Assembly (NCBI GenBank): GCA_030141605.1
Contig: JAQGDQ010000043.1
Location: forward strand, 62,001 to 126,000
Length of the DNA stretch: 64,000 bases
DNA from: Tubiluchus corallicola
Taxonomy: Eukaryota > Animalia > Priapulida
Direction: 5' to 3'
This document shows, in pieces, positions 56,526 through 64,000 of this stretch. The stretch's first letter is position 1, and each line of letters starts with the position of its first letter. The notes below the pieces were generated by a model. The model did no database searches. It worked only from the letters and a program-made list of their open reading frames with translations, and was not told the origin of the DNA. The translations under genes and the position numbers were made by a program.

Positions 56526-57850
56526 GTAATACTATTGTATTATATATTATAGTATTCTGCTTTACTATTATATACATAGACTATTATATGCACAACTGTT
56601 TAAATATTAGCAACCAACAATTAAAATGTTTTGTTCCACTCCATTCTGTCTTGTTCTGCTCTGCCTTGATCAGTCTATGTTATGTTCTATCCTGTATTCT
56701 TATCTGCCTGCAATCTTGAGTTAAGGGCATATTTTGCTATTAAACATTACTTTTTTCTAGCGAGTGAATCCCAGGAGGTAATGAACTTTTCAGAAAAAAG
56801 AGCAAATGTGCACGTGCTACAATCATTTGTGTGTGTAGTATCATCACTGTTTAATGTCACATGACCATTACGCCATGAAGTTAATAAAAGCATGTCAGCA
56901 AGCAACCAGGTGTTCTGAGTTTTATCACATATCTACTTAGCTTAGATATTATAATTTGTATATGAAGTGAGGCAGTGCAGAGTAGAGCCTGAGTAGAAAA
57001 TTTATGTATGGATGACCTACCATTCTTAGTGGGGTAATGCATTATAAAATCACCAAGTGGTCCCCACGTGACCATCTCAGATTTACTTGAAAAATTTCTC
57101 AAAAATACGTCAGCTCCTGTGATGAACATATGCAAAATTTTAGAGCCTAACTCCTTCTAGTTATTGACTGATTAATTTTTTAAAATGTTCAATCTGTATG
57201 CCTTTTATAATTACTCACGATTGCCTGACTTCCGTTTCTCATTTTCTGTTTTTTTCTTCTCTCCTGTCTTTTCTCTTATCCCCTCCCAGAGGCATTTTTC
57301 CAAATTGCCAGCTATCCATTTACTGACAATGCTCAGTGTTGTGTAACTTCGATTACCAAGTTTAATCCCTTGACCCTCAGCTATTTGCTTTGATCTCAAA
57401 TTTAAATTTATGCCACTCAGCTGCCTCAGGGAAAGTGCAGTGCTGCAGTGCAATTATTTGTAGCCTTAAGAAAGCGTCCTAAAGGACATTCTAAGAATCT
57501 AGGATGCTAACTTTGATGCTAAACCATGATCTGGTAGTGTTACCTTATTAAAATGAAACTGCGCTAGAAATTCAGGTAAAAGCACACATTTGTGTGGAAG
57601 CTTGTTAGGCATTAAAAAATAATAAATAGTAAATTTCGTGGTCCAGCAGACGTTTTTTAGTCAAAATTCTAGAAATAGTTTGATTCTTTTTATTTGTTGC
57701 TCTTGTCTGCTAGCGCTGATGTCAGATCACGTGAATTTACTTTTGTCTGAAATGTCAGTCTGTTGACTAAGTTATACTCATCTAAATATTTATCTGTATT
57801 TTCTTGTCATTGATTTAGCGTGGGAAGGCACTTGTTGTGTAAATAGTTCT

Positions 57851-60800
57851 TTCAATTCAATTCAATTCAATTATTTATTATCTCCGTTAGAACGATAAAA
57901 ATACAGTATAAAGACTACATGGAATATTTTAAAGCAAAGGAGAAGGGCAGCGAAGAACCCGTAGGTTATCAAGTCAGCCACCCTTAAATAGTTATGATTA
58001 AATAAACTTAATTATGGCGTCGTTATCAATTTAAATTTGTATTCGGTTGATGTGTGTTAATTTGGCAATTGAATGATAGGTATCGTAATACTGTAGAACA
58101 TATAGTTTAAATAACGAAAGATTTACAATTCTAAAATACTATGAATCATGCGAAGCAAACACAATAAAAATAACTTGAGATTTTTAAGATAACAGAATAT
58201 GCATAATTTGAGCATTAACTAAAAAATCCGGCAAAAAAACAAAACAAAAAAAACAGTAGAATGATCAACCAAAGCTGTCGAGAAAAAAATATAATAGATT
58301 AAACCAAGGAAAAATAAGGCAAATATAAATCATACAAAACAAAACAAGAAACAGAAGCAAATAAGAAAAACAAAACTGAAATGTTGTAATAATAACATCA
58401 ATGACTGAATTTGTCGAGAAAGAAAATATAATAAATTAAACCATCGAAAAACTATTTCAACTGTAAATCAGACAAAATGAAATCAAAATATAACAAAAAC
58501 TTAAACAAAATCTTTAAGTGTCGTAGCAATGAAAAAAATATGTATAGTATTACAAGTATATAAGCAAAATGTCTCATTTATTTGTATCCTGCAATAAGTT
58601 GTTTTTTATAGTTTAAAATTAACTTTTTGTAGTTGCTGGACTTTAACTGGTCTGGTAATGAATTCCACAGCAAAGATCCTTGGTGTTTTAAAGAATTCTG
58701 GCCTTTAGATGAGTTAAATCTTTCAATAAAATAAGATTGGGTTGTAGCAAACCTAGTAGAGTGGTGATGCATGTGACATGCTAAAGTATAATAATTGCCG
58801 AAGAGATCTGGAAGTGAATTATTTTTGAATTTATGTACAAACTTGAGCAATTCTAATTTATACAGATCATGAACTTTTAGTAGATTTAGTTGCAAATACA
58901 AAGGTGTTACATGTTCCCTTTTGCTAGTAAATGTTATAAGTTTGATAATCTTGTTTTGTTTAGAAACCAATGATTTTAAGACCGATGCTGAAGCACTACC
59001 CCAGGCGAGAATGCCAGGCTTCAGATATGGCATGACAAGAGAAAAATATAAGAGCCGTAGTGCATCTACATTTATGTAGTGTCGTATTCTAGCTAATACT
59101 CCACTTAATTTGCTAATTTTGTTGACTATATGCTGAACATGTGTTTTCCAAGTAATTCTACTATCTATAAATATACCAAGATATTTGATTTCTTGTGTAG
59201 ATTGAATAGTACAACCTCCCATATTTATGTTTAAACTATTGTTATGTTGCTTGTTTCCAATTAACATATATTTTGTTTTTTTATAATTTATCGAGAGCTT
59301 ATTTGCTTGCATCCATTTATTAATATTGTCCAGTTCCACATTTACTGAATGTTCTAATGTTTTGATATTTTGGTGTGATAAAAATAAGTTTGTATCGTCT
59401 GCAAACAATCTGGTGTTAAATTGCGAACAAGATGGCAGATCGTTAATATATAAAAGAAATAACAATGGACCCAATGTAGAACCCTGTGGGACACCACAGG
59501 TTATATCAGTGAGTTTAGATTCCGATGAGTCAATAGACGTAAACTGTTTCCTATTAGCAAGGTAAGACGTGAAAAGCGCAAGAGGACGTCCCCTGATACC
59601 ATAGTATGATAACTTATATAACAAAATGTCATGTTGTACCGTGTCGAATGCTTTCGATAAATCTAAAAATATAGCACAAGTAGTTTTCCCCTTATCAATA
59701 TTCGCAAGGAAGTTTTCAATTATTTCTGACACAGCTAAAGATGTAGAATGATTTTTTTCTGAATCCAAATTGGAATTTAGTTAAAATTTGTTCTTTTAAA
59801 AGAAATTTAGCTAGCCTAGAGTAAATTAATTTTTCAAAAATCTTTGATATGGGAGATAAGAGAGATATTGGCCTATAATTAGTGGGATTAATGGGGGAAT
59901 CAGATTTGTAAATCGGGATTATTTTTGCAATTTTCAACACGTCAGGATAGATACCCTCTTCTACACATTTATTGAACAGCATAGTTAATAATGGAGTAAT
60001 AATGGACTGCGAAATTTTAAAAAACTGATTCGAGATGTTTTCGGGTCCTGCTGATTTATTGGTTTTCAATGCAGCAATAGCAGAGGAAACTTCGTACTCA
60101 ATAATTGGCGCAAAAAAGAAGGAGTTCTGATTAGGCATTCTAAGGAAAGAATCAAATGTTATTGGAGTAGGTGGTACCTTTTTTACCATATCAAAACCAA
60201 CCGATGCAAAATAATTATTCATGAATTCACAGATAGCAGGGGGTTCCGTAATCTCAGCATGATTTATTACTAGTTTGGTTGGAGCTATGCGCTGCTTGTT
60301 TTGTCCATTGATCAAATCATTCAATGTTGCCCAAGTCTTTCTAATATTAGTTTTATTATCATGTAGTAAAGTACAATAATAATTTCTTTTGGCTAAATTT
60401 ATGAGATGATTAAGTTTATTAGAAAATTGTTTATATTGATTAATTTTTAAGATACTAGTTGTAGTCTTACAGTCCTTGTATAATCTACTTTTAGTTTTTA
60501 TTGACACAAGAATACCTTTAGTTAACCATGGCTTGGAGAAAGTTAGTTTTTCAGTTCTTGACAATGTCTTAAGTGGGGCATGTTTATTAAGAACTTCTTG
60601 ATATATTTGGAAAAAGGTACAGAAGGCAGAATTAGTTGGCACCTCGGAAAAGTCAACAGCATCGATCTTATTTTGCAAATCCTCCAGAAATAAAATCATG
60701 TTAAAATTCCGTTTATCCCTGATTTTAATTTTCTTTTTAACTATTAAGTTACCAATATTTTTAATAATAGCAAACACTGGTAGATGATCTGACACTTCAT

Positions 60801-61738
60801 AAAGTATAATACCAGATATAATTGGATTAGATAGATTATTTGTATATATATGGTCAATAAGTGTCTGAGAATGGTGTGTTATTCGAGTTGGTCGTGTTAC
60901 TAATGGAAAAAACTGATTAGAGTAAAGTAAATTCAAATAATCTGCAATAAATGTTTTTTCCTCTATTTGCATAAGATTTAAATTAATATCGCCACAGATA
61001 TAACAAGTCTTTCCTGACTTGTTAATGGCTGATAATATAGAGTCCATCTCGCTGTGAAAATGATGGACATTGGTATTTGGGTGTCGATAGATCACTCCAA
61101 ATGTGATTGGTTTCTTTTTACCAGGTACTTCAACATCAAGCCACATATCCTCAACTTGTATACATGATTTTTGAGTAATGCTATTACCATTCTTACTAGT
61201 AGTTACTATTTCTGTATCACAATTAATTTTGTACTCATCTTTTACTGTATACCTCAAGCCCGATTTAAGATAAATAGCTACGCCACCTGCGCAAGTTTTA
61301 GAATCAACATGCAAGAAAGTATAGTTAGGTAAACTCGTTATAAAAGATTGATTAATTTCGTTCAATCTTGTTTCCGATATTCCAATAATATCAGGAGGAA
61401 CAGTAAAGTGCATGAGTACATCTAGCATATTAGAAAATCTCTTCTGAATACTATTGAGATTAAAATGTACTATTAATAAATCATTGTTAGACTTTTTTAG
61501 ATCAGAATTTGTCTCTAGTGCATGCAAACTATAGTATTTACTATCAAACCTGGTAAGATGTGCATCAGGATCAGCATCATCCCATTTTGGTTTTGCGAGT
61601 GAAGGAAAATCAAGTAAAGAAGACAGACAGTATACATTTGTTAGATTTGAAAACAATTCGCATAAATCAGCATCATCAATACACTGAAAAGGCAAAGATT
61701 CATTTATACATTTTAAACAAAAGTAATTATCAGAAGAC
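57851..61738 (-). mobile_element. Non-LTR retrotransposon (CR1/L2 group, Crack/Daphne-like), 5'-truncated, APE endonuclease plus RT
   Basis: ORFs 61695-59716 (APE: IGISET, GDIN, TLIDHIY, SDHLP) and 59768-58578 (RT: DLSKAFD, GVPQGS, LFADD, YLG) joined by one frameshift; residual YFCLKC of a PHD finger; (TTGAA)4 tail at 57851-57870 after AATAAA; candidate TSD AGTTCT at 57845-57850 and 61739-61744. Confidence 0.93.
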
Positions 61739-63229
61739 AGTTCTGAGACGTTTCCATTAAAAGTTTTCTCTGCGTTTTCCTGATCATGTCGGCTTAGCTT
61801 ATGTACTTTCTCGAGGCGGCTTAGGTTACCGAAGAATCAATGTTTACCCTTCAGAGGCTTCTTACCCTCAGCCGAAATGGAATAGCCCAAACAGTCGTAT
61901 GGTCGTGCACGTGTACTATACGTACAGTGTGAGTCAGACGCGGTTAAAATGCTTTAGGCGGCGTCTTTTCCATTGGCAGGCTTTTGTGTTGCTGCATTTT
62001 ACTGTGTTTCGGACATTAGAGTGGCTGAACGTAAAAAGGTATGGGCACTTTAGCAGTATAAAAATATTCATTATCAATTTATGACATTTTTCTCGTATGT
62101 TTCAGATTGTCTCTGCATTTGTATTAATAGTTAATACGTTCCCTAGATGCCACCAACTGGCGGCACCCATCACATAATTCTGATTCTCTTCAATGAAGAA
62201 TTGATAGTAAGCTTGATAAACCACCAGTAATTATTAGTTTTTGCAATAATGTTTTTCATTTGAAAAATAATCACGAGATTCACATGATTATATAATTTTG
62301 AATTTTGATGACTACGTCCAATTAAATGAAAAATTTGAGATCGGTTGAACTGTCAGTTGAACTGTCAGGTATCTAAATTGCGTAAATGCGCTTCTTTTGA
62401 TATGTAGTTGTCTATAATGCAATAGACAACATGAATGATGCTGCCAATCCTGTCATCATCTTGCTAAAGCTAAATCTGTGAGTTCTGCATCTTAGTATTA
62501 CTACTCAGTTGTGCATGTGTAGCTCTCATGCAAATGTTCCAATGGTAGCAGAGTGTTATTTTTACTTGCAAACATGAAATTAAAAATGTGCATTATGGGT
62601 ACATATGCACCTGAGTTTCATGATGGAAATATTTTATCTTATTTGGTTTTTTAGATACATTTCTTCGAATTCTCAAATTTTCAGCGCAGATTACAAATTA
62701 CAGATTTTCAGAAGCCACACAGCATAGAAGCAAAGAAGCTGATTAACTTTATTGTAGACGTATGTTAACCAGGTAACACTTAGTTCACTGCTACATTTGT
62801 AATCGAGTACCTGCACAGATGAGCAGATGAGTGTCTAAAATACCATAAAATAAATAACAAAAAAATAATTTCCAGTTTAAGAGGTATTTCACTATGTGGG
62901 CAACTACTGAAGCTATTCAAATTTTCACAGTACAAAGCACACTAATATGTTTACTTGTAATCCAATTTTCAGCTTTAAGACGAATTTCCTTTTAGTTTTG
63001 TAGACCTTTTTTATTTTTACATTTGTTATTCACGCAAATCTGAGATGGTCACCTGGGAAGTTTTTAAAAATCTAGGTGAATCAACACGGAATAACCCAGT
63101 GGTTTTTACTCATCTGTTACACTGCCGTGGCTACTTCTCTTCTTGGAGGATCCTATGTCCTCTGTATTTTTCTCACTGTATATTAATAAAATGTTAAAAG
63201 AAATAAGTAGATCAGAAAGGAGGATACAA

Positions 63230-63960
63230 AATAGATGAAAGTATAATAGTGAGTATATTAGCTTTTGCTAATGACACCGTGCTAATTACAGAATTTGAAG
63301 TGGATATGGTAGTGTTATTGAAGATTGCTGATAATCTGGGAAAAGAGTTTGGCATGAAATTTAGCTCGACCAAGTGTGCATCAATTCTCCTTAGCGGAGC
63401 TAATGCTAATGCAGTCTTTAAGATAGGTGACATACCTATACATGCAACAGAAAGAGAAAAATACCTATGGGTAATTATAAGAGCCACAGAAGATGAACAT
63501 AGCTGGAAAGAAAGAACACCAGATATTAGAAGAACTATAGGTGCCGTAAAATTTGCGGCAATGCGATCAGAAGCAAGATTAGAAATAGGAAGAACAGGCT
63601 GGAAAGCAATTGTAGTCCCTAAAATAATGTTTGGTTGTGTGGGCAGAACATACAGCCAAAAGGAAGTTGATTGGTAAAACAGCATTCAAGAAGAATTTGT
63701 GAGATGGCTTGGAAAGCAAAAGGATGCAGTGGTGCTGCTATTAGAGGTGAAGCATGGTTTTCGTCCTTTGAAGAACGGGAAGCTAAGGCGCGACTAAAAT
63801 TTTTTAAAAGAATTATATTTATGAGTGATAATCGGCTACTGAAAAAAGTGGTAATGTGGGTAGTGACACACAGAATTCGATCAAAATGGCTGCAAAGAAT
63901 CAGACATTTGTGGACTAAATTTGGGCTTCCGGTATTTGGCAATATTATGGCATTAGGGGA
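63230..63960 (+). mobile_element. Decayed non-LTR retrotransposon RT fragment
   Basis: ILAFANDTVL (degenerate FADD), GMKFSSTKC and EKYLWV (degenerate KYLGV); frameshifted. Confidence 0.7.
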
Positions 63961-64000
63961 ATTAAATGAGGTAGGTCTGAATAAAATTTATGATAAACAT

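Noticed and set aside
56279-56719. Hydrophobic 146-aa ORF
   Set aside because: The poly-Leu comes from a TTA/TTG microsatellite.
59752-59758. Programmed ribosomal frameshift in the LINE
   Set aside because: It falls within the conserved RT region, and a homopolymer indel is the simpler explanation.

Overview
AT-rich, intron-containing genomic DNA from an invertebrate animal; the taxon cannot be fixed from sequence alone. Genes in order: (1) the 3' half of a TCF/LEF (pangolin) gene (+), with two alternative exons for the second half of the HMG box and two 73-nt C-clamp exons; (2) a complete 9-exon carboxypeptidase E-like gene (-); (3) a head-to-head mitochondrial HADH gene (+) whose last three exons, encoding the C-terminal dimerisation domain, occur as two intact, diverged cassettes; (4) an intronless antisense rhodanese (signal peptide, Cys->Ser active site, C-terminal KIEL) nested in the last intron of the second HADH cassette; (5) an intronless class A GPCR (-); (6) the first coding exon of a PDZ protein (+). 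Introns carry hAT, MULE-like, Tigger and Helentron-like elements, a near-intact CR1/L2-group LINE, several minisatellites, and a TSD-flanked short retroelement with an HDV-like ribozyme fold. All exon structures were derived by hand from splice sites, reading phase and recalled family motifs; no database searches or folding programs were run.
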